This document shows positions 14,066 to 21,756 of a stretch of 36,585 bases of DNA, in pieces (within the stretch, counting starts at the first letter, position 1; each line of letters begins with the position of its first letter). Under the pieces are notes generated by a model. The model did not search any database. It saw nothing but the letters and a program-made list of their open reading frames with translations, and had not been told where the DNA came from. The DNA is from Candidatus Peribacterales bacterium. GTDB lineage: Bacteria > Patescibacteriota > Gracilibacteria > Peribacterales > Peribacteraceae. The DNA lies in the NCBI GenBank assembly GCA_035289805.1, contig DATDWC010000016.1, positions 1 to 36,585 on the forward strand, given 5' to 3'. A program made the position numbers and the translations under genes.

Positions 14066-14881
14066 TTAGCCTATTTCCACCTTCTCGACTCTCCCCATAG
14101 GGGATCTATAGAAGAGCGAGGAAACGCGCAAAAACTGATCCGGATCGCCGGTTGTGCAGAAGCGCACTCCTGATCCCCTTGTCATCACATACTCTGGATG
14201 ACGTTCCAGATACCTCTTCAGCTTCTCTGCGATGATCGAAGGAGTATGGAGCACCGTGCAGCGTCTCCCCATTTTCTTCTGGAAGAGATCATGGAGCGAT
14301 TCGTAGTGTGTGCATCCAAGGATGAGGACATCCGGGTTCTTGGATTTAATGGGGGCAAGGTATGTGCGGAGAATTTTTCGGGTCTCCGGCTTCTTGATCC
14401 ACCCCTCCTCAACGAGTGGCACAAGGAGCGGGCATGCCTCACTCACTACTCGTACATCCTTCCGGAGTGCCGTAAGCTCTTCGATGTATGTTCCAGAAGC
14501 AATGGTGCTGCGCGTTCCCACCACTCCAATACATCCACTCCTCGTTCGCTCCACAGCTTCCTCTGCAAGAGGTCGAATGACGCCGAGAATATTGAGCGTG
14601 CGACCAGTCTCCGCCCGAAGCTTGGGGAGCCATTCCTGTTGGAGAATGCGGAGGGTTCCCGCGGAGGCCGTGTTACAGGCAAGGACAATCAGCGTGCAAC
14701 CCTGATCAAAGAGGTACGAGCAGCATTCTTTCGTTGCCTCGGTAATCACTGCGCGGGAACGATTCCCATAGGGGGCCTTTGCGTTATCCCCAAGGTACGT
14801 CATGGAGAGATCGGGGAGGCGTTCGCGCACCGCTGCAAGAACATTCAGTCCGCCAACACCCGAATCGAAGATGCCGAGCAT
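14066..14881 (-). CDS. murI: Glutamate racemase
   Basis: GIFDSGVGGLNVL, LACNTASA and LGCTHYE motifs. I placed the start at ATG 14881 (MLGIFDSGVGG). The ORF opens at 15085, and that extension would overlap the divergent RSH gene. Confidence 0.85.
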   Translation of the reverse strand: MLGIFDSGVGGLNVLAAVRERLPDLSMTYLGDNAKAPYGNRSRAVITEATKECCSYLFDQGCTLIVLACNTASAGTLRILQQEWLPKLRAETGRTLNILGVIRPLAEEAVERTRSGCIGVVGTRSTIASGTYIEELTALRKDVRVVSEACPLLVPLVEEGWIKKPETRKILRTYLAPIKSKNPDVLILGCTHYESLHDLFQKKMGRRCTVLHTPSIIAEKLKRYLERHPEYVMTRGSGVRFCTTGDPDQFLRVSSLFYRSPMGRVEKVEIG

Positions 14882-14968
14882 GCCGATAAAGTCTAGCGCA
14901 CCACTCGAAAGTATGCGTCTCAATTCTTTTAAAAAGCAGCATCTCGTGTGGTACGATACGAGGTCCAT

Positions 14969-16738
14969 ATGGGGAAATTGCCTTCGCTCTTCAGTCGCAT
15001 CCAGTATCTCAGTCCGGAGGAGAGCCGGAATGTGAAGGATGCCTACATTCTCGCGCAGGAGCTCTGCGAGACTTCCCATTGTCACGCTAGGGGAGTGAAC
15101 TGCGTTGCCTATGCGGAAGAAGTAGGAGAATTACTCCTCGCTCAAAAACCAGATGCACACACTCTGATTGCTTGCTTCCTCCAATGTGCACGCGAGCCGG
15201 AGATGCTGCGGAGAGTGGAGGAGCGATTCGGACATGATATCGCAGCAACCATTGCAACACACACGATGCTCGATATTGGCCACAGTGGTTATGGTGGTCA
15301 TCCTACAGGAATGCTCCGGAGAATTGTTCTCGCACTTTCTGCAGGCAATATTCGCGTGCTCTTCATCGCCCTCCATACCCGCTTAAATACTCTGCGGCAC
15401 GCAGAACGACTTCTGCCCAAGGATCAAATAGCAACTGCACGCGAGACACTCGATATCTTCGCACCGCTCTGTGCAAGACTCGGTATCTACGCACTCAAGT
15501 ACGAGCTCGAAACACTCGCATTCCGTATCCTCTATCCCGAGGAAGCCCGCACCATGGAAGAAATGATGAAAGCAATCCGCAAGCAGTACGGACCGTTCCT
15601 TACCGAGAGTAAACGGACACTCGGGGCGCTTCTCTCGGCAGAGGGAAAACAGACCATGATCCTCACGCGCGAGAAACACTCCTATAGTATCTTCCGAAAG
15701 CTCCAGAAAAAGAGCCTCACGAGTGCTCACGATCTCCACGATCTCTTCGGCATGAGGCTCTTGGTCGAAACGGAGGAGGAGTGCTACCAGGTCCTCGGCA
15801 TCATTCATCGGATGTATCGCCCTATTTCCCACCGCCTCAAAGATTACATCGCTATGCCAAAGCCAAATGGCTACCGCTCGATTCATACGACTGTCCTTGG
15901 CTTAAGCAAAGAGAATGCTGCACTTCCCGTAGAAATCCAAATTCGAACCCACGCCATGGATGAGGAAGCGGAATTCGGTATCGCCGCGCACTGGAACTAC
16001 AAAGAGAGTGGAGGGAGGCAGCCACTCATCGGTTCTACCTGGCAAGCGCAGCTTGCCACCATGCTCCATAGCGCAGAGGGCGACGAGCAGATCGATGAAG
16101 ATATTTCCGAAGTTCTCACTGATCGCATCTTTGCGATGACCCCCAAGGGAGATGTCATCGAGCTTCCGAAAGGATCGGGTCCGCTCGATTTTGCATTCCG
16201 GGTACATACGGATGTGGGCTTACGGTACCGCTATGCCAAAGTGAATGGCACCATTGCAGCCATTGATCATCCACTGGAGAACGGAGATATGGTCCAGATC
16301 ACCATGTGGAGCGAGCCCAAACCATCACCGCAGTGGATTCAGATTGTACAGACGACGGAAGCACGTCAGAAGCTCCGAGGATTCTTGCGTCGGGATGGAG
16401 AAATACTGCAGAAAGAAGTTCTCCCACTCGTACGCGCTTCGGTCTCCAAACCGCAACGGAAAGAAAAAGTGACACCGATCGCCTCCCTTCGGCCCAAGGT
16501 TCACTTGGAATCTCAGGTACCACTCCCCTATTGCTTTGCACGTTGCTGCGAACCAGATGAGCATAGTCTCCAGCGCCCACCAATTGTGGGATACATCACG
16601 CGTAATGGTGCCGTGCGCATCCACTGGAGCGGGTGTCGCATGATCATGCATGCAAATCAGGATCGCCTGATTCGCGCTTCGTGGATCATCCCTGACGAAG
16701 TTCCTCTAAGAGCTTCTCCACTTTTTTCTGGAACTTAA
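14969..16738 (+). CDS. Long RelA/SpoT homolog (RelA-like) with a degenerate HD hydrolase domain
   Basis: Synthetase core (REKHSYSIFRKL...FGMRLLV...KDYIAMPKPNGYRSIHTTV...VEIQIRTHAMDEEAEFGIAAHWNYK). TGS domain (IFAMTPKGDVIELPKGSGPLDFAFRVHTDVG). Cys-rich domain. The HD motif position reads FLQCAREP. I placed the start at ATG 14969; the ORF opens at GTG 14948. Confidence 0.85.
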   Translation: MGKLPSLFSRIQYLSPEESRNVKDAYILAQELCETSHCHARGVNCVAYAEEVGELLLAQKPDAHTLIACFLQCAREPEMLRRVEERFGHDIAATIATHTMLDIGHSGYGGHPTGMLRRIVLALSAGNIRVLFIALHTRLNTLRHAERLLPKDQIATARETLDIFAPLCARLGIYALKYELETLAFRILYPEEARTMEEMMKAIRKQYGPFLTESKRTLGALLSAEGKQTMILTREKHSYSIFRKLQKKSLTSAHDLHDLFGMRLLVETEEECYQVLGIIHRMYRPISHRLKDYIAMPKPNGYRSIHTTVLGLSKENAALPVEIQIRTHAMDEEAEFGIAAHWNYKESGGRQPLIGSTWQAQLATMLHSAEGDEQIDEDISEVLTDRIFAMTPKGDVIELPKGSGPLDFAFRVHTDVGLRYRYAKVNGTIAAIDHPLENGDMVQITMWSEPKPSPQWIQIVQTTEARQKLRGFLRRDGEILQKEVLPLVRASVSKPQRKEKVTPIASLRPKVHLESQVPLPYCFARCCEPDEHSLQRPPIVGYITRNGAVRIHWSGCRMIMHANQDRLIRASWIIPDEVPLRASPLFSGT

Positions 16739-17576
16739 ACTGCTCGTAGGCTCTATTGCCGGGTTTGTAGAGATCACGGAGTTCTCCGTGTTCTGTTCCT
16801 TGAAGCGGTGTAAGGAGCATCTCAATCGCCTGCTGCATCTCGGCATCATTCACTTCGATCTTGTACTCCACGACGAGTGCGGCAACGCCAAAGCGAATCT
16901 TGAGCCGCTTCTCGGCACTGGGACGGAGATCCTGCATCAGTTCTGGAATCGTCTTCTTCTCCCGTACGATCCAATCTTCGAATTTCAGTCCAAATTCAGC
17001 GAGGCGCCGTGCGTGTTCCTCCAAAAGTGATTCTGCCTCATCATCAATGAGTTCTTGTGGGAGCTCCACCGTCGTATTCTCCGCAATGAGTGCAAGGAGC
17101 TTTGCATCTTCCTCCTGTTTTACTTCCTCAGGAGTTTTTTCCTTCACTTCCCTTGTTTCTTTTGCTTCTTTTTCTTCCTTTGATTCCTTCTTCTCTTCTT
17201 TCACTTTTGATAACTTTATCTTCCGACTTGCCACCTTCACCCCTGGCTTCTCGACGAGTGTAAGAATGAGCGTCATCGGTTCCAGTGTATTCAGCTCGAC
17301 TCTTGGGCGGATAATTGGCTTCACACCATGTTTGCTCATAATTTCCGACATGATTGCAGGCATTTCTGCCTGAATCACACGCTCATGAATACGCTGTGGA
17401 TCGATCTGTTCCCGAAGAACCTCCATTGGCACTTTTCCTGGGCGGAATCCTTTCATGGTTACTTCCTTCCCAAGATCCATCACCGCTTGATCGGAACGTT
17501 CGCGTACTTTGGCGTCATCCAAGATAACAGTCGCCTGCACGCGGGAGGAGCCGAGTTTTTTAATAGTGATGGTCAT
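16686..17576 (-). CDS. tig: Trigger factor lacking the PPIase domain
   Basis: The N-terminal ribosome-binding signature GFRPGKVP is present. A Lys/Glu-rich linker (KEEKKESKEEKEAKETREVKEK) occupies the place of the FKBP domain. A C-terminal helical arm domain is present. ATG at 17576. Confidence 0.72.
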   Translation of the reverse strand: MTITIKKLGSSRVQATVILDDAKVRERSDQAVMDLGKEVTMKGFRPGKVPMEVLREQIDPQRIHERVIQAEMPAIMSEIMSKHGVKPIIRPRVELNTLEPMTLILTLVEKPGVKVASRKIKLSKVKEEKKESKEEKEAKETREVKEKTPEEVKQEEDAKLLALIAENTTVELPQELIDDEAESLLEEHARRLAEFGLKFEDWIVREKKTIPELMQDLRPSAEKRLKIRFGVAALVVEYKIEVNDAEMQQAIEMLLTPLQGTEHGELRDLYKPGNRAYEQFKFQKKVEKLLEELRQG

Positions 17577-17638
17577 ACACAAAAAAGAGGAGAACGAAGC
17601 TCACGCATAGAATACCTTAACTTCGATTCTTTCCCTCT

Positions 17639-18916
17639 TCAATTAAACGTCAGTGCCTCCGGGAAGAAGATGAGGAGTATGCCGAGCACCGCCATGAGCA
17701 CACCACCAAAAATGAGTGTGAATCTCCTGTATTTGGTCGTGAATCCTGTGGCATGGAGCGTACCGATCGCGATCGTGTAGATAATGAGATCATCGAACAT
17801 GTACGCAAGGATGTAGAGCAAAAGGTACCAGTAGTGCTCAGCCGAAGTGAGAGCACTCTGTGCCAGAATCGCCGAGAAGATTGCTGGGAGTCCAGCCGTG
17901 CAGACGAGCTCCACGAGGTTCACTGATGCAGCAAGAATCGCTACTCCCCCGATCATGAGCGGCCAGGAACTTGCAGAAATCGCCTTTTTCATTTTTTCGA
18001 TCGTCTTCTGGCGCTGACCCAAATTCGTCACCTTGCATTGATTGGGGTCCTTGCCGAATGCCTCATAGAGATAAAAAGACCCGCCGCCGATCGCAACGAG
18101 GCCGATGATCTTCTGAATAATCTGATTGAATCCAAGGAGGAGGAAAACGTTGAGCCATGCCGCAATAAAGAGGTAGTACATGGCTCCCGAAACAAGGAGA
18201 AATGTTCCACCAATGACAATGATCTTGGTCCAGGATCGCGTATTGATGAGGAGTGTGAGGAGACTGATTAAAACCCACATCGCACACGGATTAAACCCAT
18301 CCAGTCCGCCGAGGATGATACTGAGCGCGGGGAGCGACAAATCGCGAAGATCCGTCTTTCCGACGAACCAGAAATCGAAGATGAAACGCTTATCATCATA
18401 GTTCGCTTCGCATGGCTGTGTAGGATCGCCGCTGCAGGTGCTGGAGCTCTCTGCAATGCTCTTTGCACCCGCTCCTGCCATGAAGGCATCAAAGGTAATG
18501 CATCCGTCTTCCTTTGCAGAACAGAATTCGTAGAGCTCTCTAATACGTTCCCCCGTTGTCTCATCAGTTTCGTACCCCTGAAGGATATGCCCATCCAAAA
18601 TAATGGTTGGCACTCCCTGAGTGAGCCCCGGCATCCGAGTCTGCACCTTTGCGAAGAGCTCCTGTGTTTCCGTATTCATGACCTCGTAATAGGTGACATC
18701 CGGAGCATTCCCCTCTGCAAACCATTCATCCATAAATTTTTCGAGTGCCGCGCAGTGCGGGCATCCATCCCGCACAAAGACGTGCATCACCGTATCGTGA
18801 TCCGCAGGTCCGGAGGTATGCCCATGTGCCGCATTTTCGTGCGCGAGCGCCGTGGGGACGGCACTCAGAAAGAGCACCGCGAGTGAAGAGAGGAGCAAAA
18901 GAGTGTTTCTTTTCAT
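17639..18916 (-). CDS. Secreted thioredoxin/glutaredoxin-fold domain (CPHC) fused to a CcdA/DsbD-like membrane domain
   Basis: Signal peptide (MKRNTLLLLSSLAVLFLSAVPTALA). Redox motif (VFVRDGCPHCAALEKF). About 6 TM helices with Cys in GFNPCAMWVL and LVCTAGLP, resembling the two membrane Cys of CcdA. Confidence 0.55.
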   Translation of the reverse strand: MKRNTLLLLSSLAVLFLSAVPTALAHENAAHGHTSGPADHDTVMHVFVRDGCPHCAALEKFMDEWFAEGNAPDVTYYEVMNTETQELFAKVQTRMPGLTQGVPTIILDGHILQGYETDETTGERIRELYEFCSAKEDGCITFDAFMAGAGAKSIAESSSTCSGDPTQPCEANYDDKRFIFDFWFVGKTDLRDLSLPALSIILGGLDGFNPCAMWVLISLLTLLINTRSWTKIIVIGGTFLLVSGAMYYLFIAAWLNVFLLLGFNQIIQKIIGLVAIGGGSFYLYEAFGKDPNQCKVTNLGQRQKTIEKMKKAISASSWPLMIGGVAILAASVNLVELVCTAGLPAIFSAILAQSALTSAEHYWYLLLYILAYMFDDLIIYTIAIGTLHATGFTTKYRRFTLIFGGVLMAVLGILLIFFPEALTFN

Positions 18917-18970
18917 TTACCCCATTATAGCATTTTTTCCCATCGAATGAAAGACTCCCTGGCTTTCCTC

Positions 18971-18976
18971 TATAAT
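18971..18976 (+). promoter_or_regulatory. Candidate -10 (TATAAT) for tRNA-Leu
   Basis: A perfect TATAAT lies 19 nt upstream of the mature tRNA 5' end. The -35 is weak. Confidence 0.35.
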
Positions 18977-18995
18977 GGATTTACTGTCGATCTTT

Positions 18996-19083
18996 GCCGC
19001 CATGGTGAAATGGTAGACACGAGGGACTTAAAATCCCTTGGCCATACAAGGCCGTGTTGGTTCGAATCCAACTGGCGGCACCA
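18996..19083 (+). tRNA. tRNA-Leu(UAA), type II with a long variable arm and encoded CCA
   Basis: Acceptor GCCGCCA/TGGCGGC. Anticodon stem AGGGA/TCCCT with loop CTTAAAA. Variable arm TGGCCATACAAGGCCGT. T arm GTTGG-TTCGAAT-CCAAC. Discriminator A followed by CCA. Confidence 0.9.
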
Positions 19084-19197
19084 TCCAGCTTCGTTCCTCG
19101 CCGCTCTGCGACGCCGAGACTACGCCGAGATGAACGTTGGGTTCGGATGCCTCGGCGAAGTCTCGATATTGCTCCGCAAAATCGGACGGAGCCGGGC
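19084..19197 (+). repeat. Conserved tRNA trailer element, copy T1
   Basis: Starts TCCAGCTTCG, contains a duplicated ACGCCGAGA, and ends with CGGAGCCGGGC, an imperfect inverted copy of the start. Confidence 0.5.
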
Positions 19198-19265
19198 TAT
19201 AACATAAGTAAAAACCCCAGAAAAGAGGGTTGGCTCTTTCACTTTACTCCTTTAAAATACGCAGG

Positions 19266-19826
19266 ATGCATAAAGTTCTCCTGCCGATTATTGTTTCTGT
19301 TTCGCTCCTCGCACTCACAAGTTGCGGAAAGCCACCGGATGATGCCATTGCGCGGAACTGCGATGTGGAACGAACGACTGTCGAAGACCTCTCCTTCTGT
19401 CTTCCCGATGGATGGTCCGCGATATCGCAGGCTATGGGTGAGCAGAGCAGTTTTGTTGTAGCAGTGAACGATAACAACGTTCACGGCCTCGTCATGCAGC
19501 TCCATGTGAAGAAGGATCTATTGCAAGAGCCAGTCACAGACGAAGTGACATTCGCAGAACGCGCTGTCGAAATCTCGCGCGAAACTGCTCCTCACTACAA
19601 ACCGATCTCCACGAATCCAGTCACTGTGGACGGAAAGGAAACAATCCTCCATATCTTCGATGCCTCCCCCGATGAGAAAGATCCTGAGACCGTTGTTCGC
19701 TACTACCAATTCGTCACGACGCACGAAGGTTATGCCTACGGGTTAACAGCGGTGTTCATGCCCGAAGCCGATAAAGACCTCGAAGAGAGTCTGATAGAGG
19801 TTCTCACGAGCATGCGGTTTGTGTAA
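19266..19826 (+). CDS. Putative lipoprotein of unknown function
   Basis: MHKVLLPIIVSVSLLALTSCGKP is a signal peptide with a lipobox-like LTSC. I placed the start at ATG 19266; the ORF opens at 19230. Confidence 0.6.
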   Translation: MHKVLLPIIVSVSLLALTSCGKPPDDAIARNCDVERTTVEDLSFCLPDGWSAISQAMGEQSSFVVAVNDNNVHGLVMQLHVKKDLLQEPVTDEVTFAERAVEISRETAPHYKPISTNPVTVDGKETILHIFDASPDEKDPETVVRYYQFVTTHEGYAYGLTAVFMPEADKDLEESLIEVLTSMRFV

Positions 19827-19888
19827 TGAGTTTCATTGCCTCGTGTGTGCTGAGTGACTAGAATGAAGCACACGATCTTTTGATGAAC

Positions 19889-19963
19889 GCGGGTATCGTA
19901 TAATGGCTATTACATTGCCTTGCCAAGGCAGAGATACGGGTTCGATTCCCGTTACCCGCTCCA
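19889..19963 (+). tRNA. tRNA-Gly(GCC) with encoded CCA
   Basis: Acceptor GCGGGTA/TACCCGC. Anticodon loop TTGCCAA. T arm ACGGG-TTCGATT-CCCGT. Confidence 0.9.
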
Positions 19964-20002
19964 TCCGGCTTCGCCCCTTCGGGGCTACGCCGAGATTTCG
20001 CT
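19964..20002 (+). repeat. Conserved tRNA trailer element, copy T2
   Basis: TCCGGCTTCG-CCCCTTCGGGGC-TACGCCGAGATTTCGCT immediately follows the CCA. Confidence 0.5.
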
Positions 20003-20172
20003 TACCTCGAGAACGTTTCACAAGAAAATGTGCCTGCGGTCGGCGCCGAGGCGGACGCGGGAATGCCGGTCCAAATCTCGACGTCGTCCACCCATTGGTA
20101 CAGAGACGCATACCCGGGAGCATTGGGCATGGTTTTGATCTGGTCTCCGATCCATGATCTGGCGAAAATGCG

Positions 20173-21624
20173 TCAGAACCCCCCCAAATCCAGTTCCTCG
20201 CTCATCTCGACCTGCGACACGAATTCCTGGTCGTGGCTGACGAGGATGATTCCCCCTTCGTACTCATTCAAAGCCTGTGCAATCACGGGAATATGGCGAA
20301 AATTGATGTGATTCGTCGGCTCATCGAGAATGAGGAGCGTCGGCTTCTGGAGAACGAACCGCGCGAAACAGAGAAGCCCTTTTTGGCCCTCGGAGAGCGC
20401 CGCTACCTTCGTATGCACTTTTTCTCCCGGCAGTAAAAATCGCGCCGCGGTGGAGAAGATCTGTTGGTTGCTTGGCTTTTCCATCACTTCCGCGAGCGTT
20501 TCGTACACGGTTTTCTCCATCGGGAGTCCCGAGAAATCCTGGCGGTAGTATCCCACGACGACCTCCGGGTCGATGACCGCGCCCTTCTCCTTTCCCGAGG
20601 CCATGGATTCCAAAAGTGAACTCTTCCCAATGCCGTTCGGACCGCTGATGAGGACGCGATAGCGTTTGCGCACGGCGACTTCGACCTTCTTTTTGGTCGG
20701 CTTGTGGTTCTTCATGACGGTCACGGAGGTGATTTTCACAAGCGGCCTGCTGCATTCCGTAATATCGATCGTAAAGGGAGGAATCGTTTTGTCTTCCTGT
20801 CGAACCTCCACCTTGTTTTCTTCGGCCTCCTCCACGGCATCACGCATTTTGCTCGCAAGTTTGCGCATCTTGCCCCCTTTGTGCGCGAAGAAGTTGATCT
20901 TCTCCTTCTGATCGAGAATGTCTTTTTGCATGCGCGCGTTCTGACGCTGTTCGCGTTCGATCTGCGCCTGAATCTGTTCGACCACATCGAAGTAATCGCC
21001 CACGTACTGCTGTACTTTATGGGTAAAGTTATCGAGATGGAGCACTCCATGCGTAAAGCTGTTGAGGAACGCTGCATCGTGAGAAATGACGATGCAGGTC
21101 TTTTCGTACTGGATCAAAAACTGGGTGAGGTGTCCTATCCCATCCGCGTCCAAATTATTCGTCGGTTCATCGAGGAGGAGAATATCGGGCTCCTGAATGA
21201 GGGCGAACGCCAAGAGTAATCGTGCCTTCTGTCCACCGGAGAAGGCGGAGATTTTCTTCTCATGCGGGGCATGGAGCTGTACCGCATCGAGAACGCGCGC
21301 GATATGACGCTCGATATCGTACTTTTTCTCGCTGAATGCGCCTCCGAAGAATTCGAGAACGGTTTTTTCCAAGTCCTTATGGGGAATCACTTGCTTTGCG
21401 ATGCCGATCGTCGCCCCCCTCTGCATATGAATTTCGCCATCCGTGGGTTTGAACTCCCGCATCATCAATTTGAAAATCGTGCTCTTTCCGGCGCCGTTCT
21501 GCCCCACGATCGTCAGCTTACTGTTCTCGCGGACGGAAAAACTTGCCTCTTCGAGAATAGGCTTGGTGGGATCGTAGTGAAACGATGCGTCCTGAAACCG
21601 CACGATAACTTCCCCGTGATCCAT
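20173..21624 (-). CDS. ABC-F family ATPase (two ABC cassettes, no TM domain)
   Basis: Two Walker A motifs (GQNGAGKST, GPNGIGKSS). Two signature motifs (FSGGQKARLLLA, LSEGQKGLLCFA). Walker B motifs LLLDEPTN and LILDEPTN. Confidence 0.85.
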   Translation of the reverse strand: MDHGEVIVRFQDASFHYDPTKPILEEASFSVRENSKLTIVGQNGAGKSTIFKLMMREFKPTDGEIHMQRGATIGIAKQVIPHKDLEKTVLEFFGGAFSEKKYDIERHIARVLDAVQLHAPHEKKISAFSGGQKARLLLAFALIQEPDILLLDEPTNNLDADGIGHLTQFLIQYEKTCIVISHDAAFLNSFTHGVLHLDNFTHKVQQYVGDYFDVVEQIQAQIEREQRQNARMQKDILDQKEKINFFAHKGGKMRKLASKMRDAVEEAEENKVEVRQEDKTIPPFTIDITECSRPLVKITSVTVMKNHKPTKKKVEVAVRKRYRVLISGPNGIGKSSLLESMASGKEKGAVIDPEVVVGYYRQDFSGLPMEKTVYETLAEVMEKPSNQQIFSTAARFLLPGEKVHTKVAALSEGQKGLLCFARFVLQKPTLLILDEPTNHINFRHIPVIAQALNEYEGGIILVSHDQEFVSQVEMSEELDLGGF

Positions 21625-21697
21625 AAAACAGAAGGAAGGAATGAGACGCGCTAGTGTAGGTCATTTCCTTCTCTACTTCCACAATGCCCGCATTCAT

Positions 21698-21705
21698 TGT
21701 ATAAT
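21698..21705 (+). promoter_or_regulatory. Candidate extended -10 (TGTATAAT) upstream of the sensor gene
   Basis: TGnTATAAT match, 51 nt upstream of ATG 21757. Confidence 0.35.
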
Positions 21706-21756
21706 TATTAGATTAAAGCAAGATACATTCCAGAATCGGGGGTACTGCGATACGCG

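Noticed and set aside
14882-15085. A 68-aa N-terminal extension of MurI.
   Set aside because: Glutamate racemases start a few residues before the GIFDSGVGG motif. The extension would also overlap the divergent RSH gene and its promoter region.
17100-17230. A Lys/Glu-rich repetitive stretch in tig, considered as a DNA tandem-repeat array.
   Set aside because: The nucleotide units are irregular, with purine-rich codon bias on the coding strand. The stretch reads as a low-complexity protein linker rather than a discrete tandem repeat.
19125-19146. GAAC-N5-GTTC in the tRNA-Leu trailer, and GAAC-N9-GTTC inside the rsmA palindrome (35740-35756), considered as additional LexA boxes.
   Set aside because: The spacing is wrong for a Cheo-type box (N4), and neither site is in a promoter context. 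They are more simply explained as parts of the palindromic repeats.
19833-20157. ORFs 19833..20123 (-), 19903..20157 (+) and 19920..20138 (+).
   Set aside because: They overlap tRNA-Gly(GCC) and its conserved trailer, and they have Arg/Pro-rich translations. They are not credible coding regions.
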